In this document: piece by piece, positions 1 to 7,477 of the stretch
Layout: every line of letters starts with the position of its first letter
Numbering within the stretch: the stretch's first letter is position 1
IMG/VR virus record: IMGVR_UViG_3300050821_002957
Coordinates: 1 to 64,000 of that record
DNA: 64,000 nucleotides
Strand: one strand, 5' to 3'
Notes under the pieces: model-generated
What the model was told of the DNA's origin: nothing
Database searches by the model: none
Seen by the model: only the letters and a program-made list of their open reading frames with translations
Position numbers and translations under genes: made by a program

Positions 1-140
1 GAAAGGCAGAGCGTGCAGCCGCCGAAAAGAAGAGACGTGAAGAGAAGGCCGCAATCGAAAAGAAAGAAGACAACGACCTGAAGACTTACGAGAGACTGAA
101 GAAAAAGTATGAACATAACGAATCACAATCTGACGTTTAA
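1..140 (+). CDS. Partial hypothetical protein (C-terminal charged helix)
   Basis: Open frame from nt 3 (KAERAAAEKKRREEK...) to TAA 138-140; 5' end outside window. Confidence 0.6.
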   Translation, partial: KAERAAAEKKRREEKAAIEKKEDNDLKTYERLKKKYEHNESQSDV

Positions 141-402
141 TCTCACGGTCAAAGAAGTCGGCGTCTGGATGGCTGCACTTCGCATGGCGGCGAAACACCA
201 CACCATGTGCATTCCGTGGGACTCCAATCCGTTTCTCGAACAACACAAAGAATTAGTGCGGCTGACCGGCTACGGCACTGGTGACCATGAAGATTTGTAC
301 AACGCTCTCGCAAAGAAAGCCAAAGAACAAGGGATCAGTTCGATGCAGGAGTTAAAAAATGCCGGAAAGAAACTTGAAGAGCTATATCCAGAACATGCTT
401 AA
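109..402 (+). CDS. Hypothetical protein
   Basis: 97 aa ORF overlapping neighbours in operon fashion. Confidence 0.65.
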   Translation: MNITNHNLTFNLTVKEVGVWMAALRMAAKHHTMCIPWDSNPFLEQHKELVRLTGYGTGDHEDLYNALAKKAKEQGISSMQELKNAGKKLEELYPEHA

Positions 403-688
403 TGAGGCCAAAGCAGCGTTTCTGATGGGCCACGGCTGGAAAGAAGTGGCAGCGGACGGCGGCGGAACCTGCTGGACCCCGGCCATCTACTTCCTTCAGA
501 CACCCCTTTATTTCGCATTAGACGACGCCTACGCCCTCGAAACGGTCGGGGAGGGTATCCACGCCTACGCCGGTCAAATCGCCCTGGAGGAAGCGCTACG
601 GGCCGAAGACCTGCGAAAAATGGACGAAGCTGAGGCCAAATATTTCGCCGAAACTGGCAAGCGCCACGGAATCTATCCAAACTGGTGA
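395..688 (+). CDS. Hypothetical protein
   Basis: ATG 395 overlaps upstream stop; preferred over track start 359. Confidence 0.6.
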   Translation: MLNEAKAAFLMGHGWKEVAADGGGTCWTPAIYFLQTPLYFALDDAYALETVGEGIHAYAGQIALEEALRAEDLRKMDEAEAKYFAETGKRHGIYPNW

Positions 689-724
689 AAACAAAGGTGA
701 TAAACTGTTAAGATAGATAGGTAC

Positions 725-952
725 ATGCCTATCATCAATGTACCCTCGCCATCGCCAATGTCCGACTACCAAAAGGTCCAATTTGCGACCGAAGTAGCCT
801 TCAATTCACTCCTGGACGAAGCCAAAAAGCTCGGCCTGCCTCTGGAGCCGGTCATGGGCCTGATGTACCTTCCTACTTCAAAGCTAACAAGTGACTTTCA
901 AACGGCTTGCAGAGCCATTTTGGATGCTCTAAAAACGCCTCAAGAAAATTAG
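725..952 (+). CDS. Hypothetical protein
   Basis: 75 aa ORF; TAG stop is the first triplet of the palindromic promoter element. Confidence 0.6.
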   Translation: MPIINVPSPSPMSDYQKVQFATEVAFNSLLDEAKKLGLPLEPVMGLMYLPTSKLTSDFQTACRAILDALKTPQEN

Positions 953-990
953 ATACATCTATTGACTTCCAATTTGGAATTTGATAGCAT
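950..990 (+). promoter_or_regulatory. Early promoter with palindrome (copy 1)
   Basis: TAGATACATCTA-TTGACT-17 nt-TAGCAT. Confidence 0.85.
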
Positions 991-996
991 GTATTC

Positions 997-1446
997 ATGA
1001 GCGAATACACTGAAGCGAAATTAGACGGATCGAAAGTCATCGCCCAATTTGTTCTTGGCGGCAACTCTACCTTCACTGTGGTCTCGAAGCGCACCGGCTC
1101 CAGGCTGACGTTCAAGGTTGGATTTTGGGAAGAACGTAACATGTACATCGTCAAAGTTCTGACCGGCCCGGACAATGAAAACGACTACAGAAAGCTCGGC
1201 AAGATCAAAAACGGCATCTTCTCTTTGACTGATGCGGCTCGGGAGAACGGCTTCACCGTCGAGACTCGTTCCTTCAGCGTATTCTCCTGGCTGCTCCGCA
1301 ATCTCCAGTCCGAAAAGATCGACGATCAAATTGAAATCTGGCACGCTGGTCGCTGTGGCCGTTGCGGACGTAAGCTGACGGTGCCTGAGAGCATCGAGAC
1401 TGGTCTAGGACCGGAATGCGCTGAGAAAGGTTTTGGTGGTTTCTAG
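997..1446 (+). CDS. DUF6011-like zinc-finger protein
   Basis: C-terminal CGRCGRKLTVPESIETGLGPEC motif. Confidence 0.75.
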   Translation: MSEYTEAKLDGSKVIAQFVLGGNSTFTVVSKRTGSRLTFKVGFWEERNMYIVKVLTGPDNENDYRKLGKIKNGIFSLTDAARENGFTVETRSFSVFSWLLRNLQSEKIDDQIEIWHAGRCGRCGRKLTVPESIETGLGPECAEKGFGGF

Positions 1447-1487
1447 TAGATACATCTATTGACATTGATCCCGAAACGAGGTACACT
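1447..1487 (+). promoter_or_regulatory. Early promoter with palindrome (copy 2)
   Basis: TAGATACATCTA-TTGACA-17 nt-TACACT. Confidence 0.85.
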
Positions 1488-1493
1488 TTAATC

Positions 1494-1661
1494 ATGACAA
1501 ACGAAATGATTTGGCAAAACATGACCGACGAACAAAGAAGGGCCGTCCTCGATCAATTCACTATGACTTCCGACATTCCTTCCGACATCAAGTGGGATCA
1601 TCTGGACCACGGAACACGGTCGGCGATCATCTTCACTGGAACGGTCGAGGGAATGAAATGA
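1494..1661 (+). CDS. Small hypothetical protein (55 aa, not in track)
   Basis: MTNEMIWQNMTDEQRRAVLDQF... starts 6 nt after the -10 box; more plausible than track ORF 1511..1747. Confidence 0.65.
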   Translation: MTNEMIWQNMTDEQRRAVLDQFTMTSDIPSDIKWDHLDHGTRSAIIFTGTVEGMK

Positions 1662-1739
1662 TCGTCCTCCTTGCCGTCCTCAAAATTCAGGCTATGTTTT
1701 ACGGTTTGCGTCTGTTATTCTATATCAAGGTGAACCCAA

Positions 1740-1979
1740 ATGACTAACCTTCTCATTTCGCTCGGGGCTGCTGTCATGTGGCTTCTTCGGGTCCAAGAGT
1801 TAAAGTCTGCATTGCCGGAAGAATGCACGATGCTTCCGTCTGAGGGCCGCAGCTTCATCAATCTCCAACATTATGACCCGGACACGATCACTCGAATGTC
1901 AAGTGAGAATTATGAAGCTACGCATACTGCGGCTACTCCTGAAGTGGTCGTACTATCTGAAAATCCAACGGCTGAGTAA
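1740..1979 (+). CDS. Hypothetical protein with N-terminal hydrophobic segment
   Basis: 79 aa ORF. Confidence 0.45.
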   Translation: MTNLLISLGAAVMWLLRVQELKSALPEECTMLPSEGRSFINLQHYDPDTITRMSSENYEATHTAATPEVVVLSENPTAE

Positions 1980-2077
1980 TTGGCTCTGGCATCGTAAGAT
2001 GGACGAGTTTTATCGGACGGTTCACCATCAGTCCGACTACGGCTGGTAATTCCAAAATCTCATGCTATGATATTGGC

Positions 2078-2560
2078 ATGAACATTCTAAGAAACGTATT
2101 GTTAGCGATGCTTCTTGTTGTAGGGATCGGATATTTGATTTCGCTGTTGCCTCCTCCACATCCTCGACACCACAAAGTCAAAATAGAAAAACTGAAGAAT
2201 GGCCAGTATGCCTACAAGGACAAGAAAGGCAACTGGTGGTTTTACGCCAAAAAAGTTGCAAAGGCTGGGAGTCAAACCGATTTTGATTTCGACTTTAATT
2301 TCACCGGAGCCGAGTTTGGTAAGTCAGCGAGTGGATCGGTGCGTATGCCTTCGGGCGGTTCATGGGTTCGTGCGTCAAATCCTCCCAAGCCGGAAGAAAT
2401 CGAAGAAGAGATTGAAGTGTCTGTCGAAGAGAGCGTCACAGGCGAACCGGAAGGGGACACTGACGACGGCGCAGATGCCGATTCAAGCGATTCTGGCGGC
2501 GATGGCGGCGACGGCGGGGGAGATGGCGGTGGGGATGGTGGAGGCGACGGCGGCGAGTAA
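2078..2560 (+). CDS. Membrane-anchored protein with acidic, Gly/Asp-repeat tail
   Basis: N-terminal TM helix; C-terminal GGDGG repeats. Confidence 0.7.
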   Translation: MNILRNVLLAMLLVVGIGYLISLLPPPHPRHHKVKIEKLKNGQYAYKDKKGNWWFYAKKVAKAGSQTDFDFDFNFTGAEFGKSASGSVRMPSGGSWVRASNPPKPEEIEEEIEVSVEESVTGEPEGDTDDGADADSSDSGGDGGDGGGDGGGDGGGDGGE

Positions 2561-2588
2561 TTGACGCTATCCATCCTTGTGGTAGGAT
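2561..2588 (+). promoter_or_regulatory. sigma70-like promoter for NADAR unit
   Basis: TTGACG-16 nt-TAGGAT preceded by TGTGG. Confidence 0.55.
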
Positions 2589-2593
2589 AGGTC

Positions 2594-3112
2594 ATGTCCC
2601 CAAAGACTGACATGTTCGGAACGCCGGTCATCGATTCATTTCGTGACGACTATCGTTTCCTCAGCAATTTTTATGTTGCACCTGTCTCTCTTTGGGGAAT
2701 TAACTTTCCTTCGTCCGAACATGCCTATCAATGGGCCAAGACAGATGACGAGCTTGAAAAGAAGTTCGTACTCTTCAAGCAGCTTCCGCATGTCCAGGGA
2801 TATCGTGTTATCTCGACTTCTCCCGGCCAAGCGAAGCGTGTAGGTAAGACAGTAACAAAACGTGAAGACTGGGATTTGATTCGTCCTGGCATCATGTTGG
2901 AAATTTTGAGAGCCAAGTTTAGTCAGAATCCCGATCTCAAAGAATTACTCCTGGCGACCGGCGATGCAATTCTCATTGAAGGCAACACATGGCACGACAA
3001 CGACTGGGGCCACTGTACGTGTGAGAACTGCATTACCAAGAAAAAATCCAATATGCTTGGTGCTCTGCTTATGCAGGTTCGAGAAGAATTACAAAATGAA
3101 AGACAAGACTAA
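2594..3112 (+). CDS. NADAR family (YbiA-like) N-glycosidase / ADP-ribosyl hydrolase
   Basis: FLSNFY, FPSSEHAYQWAK, KFSQNPDLKELLLATGDAILIEGN-W-D-WG, NMLGALLMQVR motifs. Confidence 0.9.
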   Translation: MSPKTDMFGTPVIDSFRDDYRFLSNFYVAPVSLWGINFPSSEHAYQWAKTDDELEKKFVLFKQLPHVQGYRVISTSPGQAKRVGKTVTKREDWDLIRPGIMLEILRAKFSQNPDLKELLLATGDAILIEGNTWHDNDWGHCTCENCITKKKSNMLGALLMQVREELQNERQD

Positions 3113-3398
3113 AAACGCAATCGAAAAAAAGCTAACCAAAGTAGAAGAGTTGGTTTCTGACATCAGAGTTTTGATGACAGAACAAGAAACCTTACCAATT
3201 TTGTTGACCGAATATGATACTTGGTTGGTTCCTCGGCGAGTCGAATTTTGTGAAAACTGCATGAACATCAAAGCACAAGTAGGATATGCCGAAGTTGACA
3301 TTGAGGACTACAAGAAGGATACAAACTGTATGCCGAATGTCACATGGTGTCGTACATGTGGAGAGACCGGCAGTATCGGTGTCCTTACTGAGTCCTAA
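3096..3398 (+). CDS. Hypothetical protein with two CxxC motifs
   Basis: ATG 3096 overlaps NADAR end; CENC and CRTC. Confidence 0.6.
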   Translation: MKDKTKNAIEKKLTKVEELVSDIRVLMTEQETLPILLTEYDTWLVPRRVEFCENCMNIKAQVGYAEVDIEDYKKDTNCMPNVTWCRTCGETGSIGVLTES

Positions 3399-3406
3399 AT
3401 AGCAAC

Positions 3407-3652
3407 ATGCTTCTCCAGCACCCTCGCATCTATCTGTTCAGTGCAGCGCTCACCGTGATCAATTTAATCACGTTCTGTATCTGTGTCTACAATGGAAACG
3501 CTACAGGGATTGCGTGGAACGGCGTCTTCCTCATTTTTAATCTCATCGCAACCATTGGCAACTTCCGTATTCGTCATCATCGTGCTATACTACGTGAAGA
3601 ACAGAAAATGGAACGGCGAAATCAACTCATACGTTTGACCATCGGCGAGTAG
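3407..3652 (+). CDS. Small two-TM membrane protein
   Basis: Two hydrophobic segments followed by a basic tail. Confidence 0.6.
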   Translation: MLLQHPRIYLFSAALTVINLITFCICVYNGNATGIAWNGVFLIFNLIATIGNFRIRHHRAILREEQKMERRNQLIRLTIGE

Positions 3653-3663
3653 TTTCTACTTGT

Positions 3664-3756
3664 GGTGGCGTGGTGTATGGTTGCACAGCCTGCCTTATAA
3701 GCAGGGTCGCACTAGATGAGTGCCCGGACTGAGTTCAATTCTCAGCGCCACTACCA
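3664..3756 (+). tRNA. tRNA with UAU (Ile) anticodon and long variable arm, 93 nt
   Basis: Acceptor GGTGGCG/CGCCACT-A-CCA; D stem GTGT/GCAC; CCTGC-CT TAT AA-GCAGG; V stem GCACT/AGTGC; T arm CTGAG-TTCAATT-CTCAG. Confidence 0.85.
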
Positions 3757-3763
3757 AAATTTT

Positions 3764-4327
3764 ATGACATCTCTTGAAAAAGCAGGACAAGCAAAGAACC
3801 TTCTCATTGGCATCGCAGAGAAACTGACGGTGCCTGCGCTGACAGATGCCTGCAAGGTCGTTCTGTACGATCCAACCTTCGTGACGCAATACGGCTCGTC
3901 TGGAAAGCACCACAGCTATCCTGGTGGCTTGGCGATGCATACTCTCGAAGTGACTCAGTTTGCCTTGAAGATGGCCGAGATGCTTCCGATGGCCGATACT
4001 GACGTGGTTGCGACGGCGGCAATTTTTCACGACTACACGAAGATCAAGGAATACGCACCAGCAGCACAATTTGGTGATGGTGGATCGGTACGCCATACCA
4101 ACTATCGAAAATTCATTCGTCACGTTGCCGGAAGTCACGCTGCATTCATGATCGCCATCGAAGGAAAACGAGTGCCGGAAGAAAAGGTGTTCCGCATCGA
4201 GCACGCAATCCTGGCACATCATGGTTCGATTGCAGCAGGAAGTCCGATAGATATGGCGCTCATTGAAGCCTACATCGTGCATTACGCAGATTCATTCAGT
4301 GCAAAATTTGGTCCATCGAAAGGATAA
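3764..4327 (+). CDS. HD-domain hydrolase, YhaM/CBF1-like (no OB fold)
   Basis: HHSYPGGLAMHTLEV, FHDYTK, HAILAHHG, IVHYADSFSA; start moved to 3764 because track ATG 3716 lies inside the tRNA. Confidence 0.85.
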   Translation: MTSLEKAGQAKNLLIGIAEKLTVPALTDACKVVLYDPTFVTQYGSSGKHHSYPGGLAMHTLEVTQFALKMAEMLPMADTDVVATAAIFHDYTKIKEYAPAAQFGDGGSVRHTNYRKFIRHVAGSHAAFMIAIEGKRVPEEKVFRIEHAILAHHGSIAAGSPIDMALIEAYIVHYADSFSAKFGPSKG

Positions 4328-4328
4328 A

Positions 4329-4808
4329 ATGTTACTCGACACAATCAACACTCACATTACCGAAGCAATGAAGGCAAAGGATGGTCCACGTCTGACGACA
4401 CTCCGTGCAATCAAGGTGAAGATTGACGCCTTCATGAAAGAACGCATCAATCGAGTCGAAGTGACCGAGGCTAACGAACAGAAGATCCTGGAGAACCTCG
4501 TCAAGCAGCGCCTTGACTCAATTGAACTGTTCGAGAAAGGCAAGCGTTTGGATTTGGTTGCAATTGAAAGAGCCGAACTTGCGCTCATCAAAAGCTACAT
4601 GCCAAAGGATGCGACCGGCGTAGAGATCGACGCTGCAATTGAACTAGCATTACCGGGACTGCTTTCGACGGGTCCCAAGGCAATTGGTATGGTCATGGCC
4701 GATGTCAAAAAGAGATTGGCTGGCAAACGAGTGGATGGAAAGATTCTCTCAGAAAAAATCAAGGCTCGTTTCGTTGTCGCTGAAGCGAACGGTGAGACAT
4801 TCCATTGA
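4329..4808 (+). CDS. yqeY: GatB/YqeY domain protein
   Basis: EAMKAKD..RLTTLRAIK, KQRLDSIELFEKGKRLDL...E.AELALIKSYMP, IGMVM..VK..LAGKRVDG. Confidence 0.88.
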   Translation: MLLDTINTHITEAMKAKDGPRLTTLRAIKVKIDAFMKERINRVEVTEANEQKILENLVKQRLDSIELFEKGKRLDLVAIERAELALIKSYMPKDATGVEIDAAIELALPGLLSTGPKAIGMVMADVKKRLAGKRVDGKILSEKIKARFVVAEANGETFH

Positions 4809-4996
4809 TCGACTGGAAAAGTCTTGGCCTGAAAAAACCTCAGAAAAGAGCCTCTAGCAATCGTGACTCTAATTCGAGACTTCAGGTCAAGTGCATCTGT
4901 GGTCACAAGCAGTTTGAACATGAGTGTCATCCAGACGAACATTGTTACAAATGTGAATGCCGACAATTCAAGAGGTCCCGTCGTCCAACTGGATAG
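4805..4996 (+). CDS. Small Cys/His-rich protein; 3' end overlaps tRNA-Arg(CCG)
   Basis: CICGH..EH.C...HC..CEC pattern; TTG start. Confidence 0.55.
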   Translation: MIDWKSLGLKKPQKRASSNRDSNSRLQVKCICGHKQFEHECHPDEHCYKCECRQFKRSRRPTG

Positions 4997-5049
4997 GACG
5001 CTACCCTCCGAAGGTTGAAATAGTGGTTCAAATCCACTCGGGACTACCA
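4974..5049 (+). tRNA. trnR: tRNA-Arg(CCG)
   Basis: GGTCCCG/CGGGACT-A-CCA; CTACC-CT CCG AA-GGTTG; AGTGG-TTCAAAT-CCACT. Confidence 0.93.
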
Positions 5050-5062
5050 TCTAGATATTGAC

Positions 5063-5251
5063 ATGAATCTGAATGACAAACCAATTAGCGTCACTGGCTC
5101 TGCCAATCCTGTAATCACTCGTGAAGAATATTATAAACGTCGTGAAAAATCTTCTAGCTACATGCCCGGATTAAAGAAAGGCGATCTCCCAAAGCGTATC
5201 AGGACAGCGGAAGATGATATTGCCGACATGCTTTTTGATCTAACAGAATGA
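5063..5251 (+). CDS. Hypothetical protein
   Basis: 62 aa; ATGA overlap with next ORF. Confidence 0.55.
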   Translation: MNLNDKPISVTGSANPVITREEYYKRREKSSSYMPGLKKGDLPKRIRTAEDDIADMLFDLTE

Positions 5252-5586
5252 CCCAAAAAGAACGACAAGCCATATTTGACGTAGTAGGTCAGGAAGCCGA
5301 TTTCCAAAAAATCTCAGGTTCCAATTTTGAAGTCGCTCTCAAGGAATGGTTTGATGATACTGAGAAACCATTCCCGCCCTATATTACAGACATTATCGTC
5401 CAGGTAATTGTTCAGTTAGCCAAGAAACCGCAATTTGAACACTATAAACTCGACGGAGATGTAGCTTTAAGAGCATTTGAACGGGCACTAAAACGAAGAC
5501 CATTTCGTATGATGGAAAATCCCTTTCCGGCTTTGACGAGAGTCGTCTTCGACAGTTTCATACGGCAGATACAACTAAAAAGATAG
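5248..5586 (+). CDS. Hypothetical protein
   Basis: 112 aa ORF. Confidence 0.65.
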   Translation: MTQKERQAIFDVVGQEADFQKISGSNFEVALKEWFDDTEKPFPPYITDIIVQVIVQLAKKPQFEHYKLDGDVALRAFERALKRRPFRMMENPFPALTRVVFDSFIRQIQLKR

Positions 5587-5636
5587 CTCTGCTATATACC
5601 TGTAGAAGTCGAATCTAATCTTCGACCTAGAGGAAT

Positions 5637-5999
5637 ATGAGCAAAGAAAAAGTACAAGACGACAAAATTTTGTTGCGTCTGCCGTCCACTCTGACATCGG
5701 CAGTTGATCAAGTTATTAGAGAGCAAATCCCAGAGTTAAACCGCTCGGAATTCATCCGCAGGGCAGTTCGTTTTACGCTGGATCATGTCGAAGAATTCAA
5801 GACCAGTGATGCGGCGACCGTTCACGAAAAAACAGAAGTCGAGAGTGTTGCAAAGATCAATGCTGTCCGTGACCTTCGTGACCAATTACTACAATACAAG
5901 GATCTGTTGCAGAAGGAACCACAGACTCCAAACACCATCAAACAACTTTCGTTTTTGATCTTTTTGATCGGCGAAATGATCTTTAAGATGAACGATTAA
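5637..5999 (+). CDS. Ribbon-helix-helix (CopG/Arc-like) DNA-binding protein
   Basis: ILLRLPSTLTSAVDQVI...LNRSEFIRRAVRF; AGAGGA SD. Confidence 0.75.
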   Translation: MSKEKVQDDKILLRLPSTLTSAVDQVIREQIPELNRSEFIRRAVRFTLDHVEEFKTSDAATVHEKTEVESVAKINAVRDLRDQLLQYKDLLQKEPQTPNTIKQLSFLIFLIGEMIFKMND

Positions 6000-6026
6000 T
6001 AAACCGACGCTTGTATACATATTTGC

Positions 6027-6662
6027 ATGGAACAAAAACCGTGCCAAGTGTATTACTGTTACAAAACAACCAACATCATAAATGGAAAGGTTTACATTGG
6101 GTTCGCCAGTGATCCCAAAACTCGCTGGCGAAATCATAGAAGAGACGCTGAAACAGGTCGAGGATTTGCCCTCGCCGCCGCAATCCGAAAGTATGGATGG
6201 GACGCATTTGAATTTGAAGTGCTCTGTTGTGGTAAAGACAAGCGTATGATGTTGGAACACGTCGAGCCTGCATTGATTGAACAATATCAAAGTCGCATTG
6301 AACAAAATGGCTACAATGTAACTCGGGGCGGCGAACACATCCCGGTAGGCAATCGAGGTGGCTCTAAAAAAGGTCGTATTGTTTCTGAAGAATCTCGATG
6401 TAAAATGAGTGCTGCTAAGAAAGGCAATGTTAATGGAGCAGGTAACAAAGGCCATAAACATTCCGATGAAACTAAACAAAAAATGGCAGCAGTCCATCTG
6501 GGTCATTTCGTTTCTGAAGAGACACGCAAGAAAATCGGTAATCGTTATCCTCGCACAGAAGAAGAAAAGCAACACCTAAGCAAAATAAATACGGGCCGAA
6601 AACATTCAGAAGAAACCAAACAGAAGATGGCAGCGACAAGACGAGCAATGAGGATTTTGTGA
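6027..6662 (+). CDS. GIY-YIG homing endonuclease with NUMOD3 repeats (Seg-like)
   Basis: YCYKTTNIINGKVYIG; repeated HS(D/E)ETKQKM. Confidence 0.9.
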   Translation: MEQKPCQVYYCYKTTNIINGKVYIGFASDPKTRWRNHRRDAETGRGFALAAAIRKYGWDAFEFEVLCCGKDKRMMLEHVEPALIEQYQSRIEQNGYNVTRGGEHIPVGNRGGSKKGRIVSEESRCKMSAAKKGNVNGAGNKGHKHSDETKQKMAAVHLGHFVSEETRKKIGNRYPRTEEEKQHLSKINTGRKHSEETKQKMAATRRAMRIL

Positions 6663-6663
6663 C

Positions 6664-6876
6664 GTGTGGAAGTACATCAAGGCACTCTTTACCCATCGGC
6701 CAAAATTCTATCGAGGCACCACAGATAAATTTTGCCACAGCCTTACCGCAAAGGGCAGGCGCATTCGTATTTTCGGATTCGCCTGGGGACCTTTTATGAT
6801 TGCATTCCATACACTCGACTTGACAAATAGCAGACCTTCTGTAAAATACAAAGGGTACTCCAATGAAGCTGACTGA
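6664..6876 (+). CDS. Hypothetical protein
   Basis: 70 aa, GTG start 1 nt after upstream stop. Confidence 0.5.
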   Translation: MWKYIKALFTHRPKFYRGTTDKFCHSLTAKGRRIRIFGFAWGPFMIAFHTLDLTNSRPSVKYKGYSNEAD

Positions 6877-7047
6877 AATGGAAAAGAAAATTTTGTTCGA
6901 TGCAATAACACTGTACAAAAACAGAGCAGAGACGATGTTGATACTACCATCTCGGCACTTCGTAGCAAATTGAAACGTGCTCTGGCTGAAGGAACCAACA
7001 GCACCGGCCCAAGATGATCTATTTGGTTGGAATGCGAAAATAATACC

Positions 7048-7075
7048 TTGACATCCTGATCCAATGTGGTATTCT
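7048..7075 (+). promoter_or_regulatory. sigma70-like promoter upstream of tRNA array
   Basis: TTGACA-16 nt-TATTCT preceded by TGTGG, same layout as 2561..2588. Confidence 0.6.
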
Positions 7076-7083
7076 TAGAACAT

Positions 7084-7156
7084 CAGAGGCGAAGTGCTCT
7101 GTTGAAGGGATCTTGGTTCATCCATGACCCTGCGTAGATAGAGCACTTCGCTGCTG
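7084..7156 (+). ncRNA. Candidate structured RNA / 5' leader hairpin
   Basis: Perfect 12 bp GCGAAGTGCTCT (7089-7100)/AGAGCACTTCGC (7140-7151) with inner AGGG/CCCT and TGG/CCA stems; no ORF. Confidence 0.45.
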
Positions 7157-7164
7157 TATAAATA
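7157..7164 (+). promoter_or_regulatory. T4-type late promoter
   Basis: Exact TATAAATA 17 nt before the leader ATG. Confidence 0.7.
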
Positions 7165-7181
7165 GAAACGAGAACACAGTC

Positions 7182-7229
7182 ATGAGACGAATTACCATTA
7201 CACGCCGAGAGGTTAAACGAAAGCGGTAG
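7182..7229 (+). CDS. Putative leader peptide MRRITITRREVKRKR (15 aa)
   Basis: ATG...TAG immediately downstream of late promoter; stop overlaps 5' arm of a hairpin. Confidence 0.5.
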   Translation: MRRITITRREVKRKR

Positions 7230-7273
7230 CGACAAGCTAACGCTCTAGTGCATTGGTGTTTCGTCGCTGCCGC
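7223..7273 (+). terminator. Hairpin (possible attenuator or processing stem) before first array tRNA
   Basis: GCGGTAGCGAC (7223-7233) pairs with GTCGCTGCCGC (7263-7273), followed by CTTT. Confidence 0.5.
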
Positions 7274-7291
7274 CTTTACAGTTTCCAACAT

Positions 7292-7368
7292 GGATCTGTA
7301 ACTCAAACGGACAGAGTAACCGTCTTTTAAACGGAAGGCTGTGGGATCGTACCCCACCAGATCCACCA
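7292..7368 (+). tRNA. trnK: tRNA-Lys(UUU)
   Basis: GGATCTG/CAGATCC-A-CCA; CT TTT AA loop; atypical T loop ATCGTAC. Confidence 0.92.
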
Positions 7369-7390
7369 AATTTTTCAGTTTTACCCATGT

Positions 7391-7467
7391 GGTCTCGTAG
7401 CTCAATGGATTAGAGTACTTCGCTACGAACGAAGGGGTTGCAGGTTCGAGTCCTGCCGAGACTACCA
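7391..7467 (+). tRNA. trnR: tRNA-Arg(ACG)
   Basis: GGTCTCG/CGAGACT-A-CCA; CTTCG-CT ACG AA-CGAAG. Confidence 0.95.
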
Positions 7468-7477
7468 CAATTTTTGC

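Noticed and set aside
3716-3763. Track N-terminal extension of the HD protein
   Set aside because: Lies within the tRNA(UAU) V and T arms; ATG 3764 is preferred.
5050-5090. TAGATA-TTGACA as another palindromic promoter
   Set aside because: Only a half-site, and no -10 hexamer at 16-18 nt.
6863-7017. Possible split gene (MKLTEMEKK..., 36 aa, continuing in the -1 frame as DDVDTTISALRSKLK...)
   Set aside because: No in-frame slippery heptamer or stimulator found; could be an indel or noise, cannot be supported.
7089-7273. tmRNA, SRP or 6S RNA call for the leader hairpins
   Set aside because: No tmRNA acceptor ends or tag, no SRP domain IV motif, and too short for 6S; left as unassigned structures.
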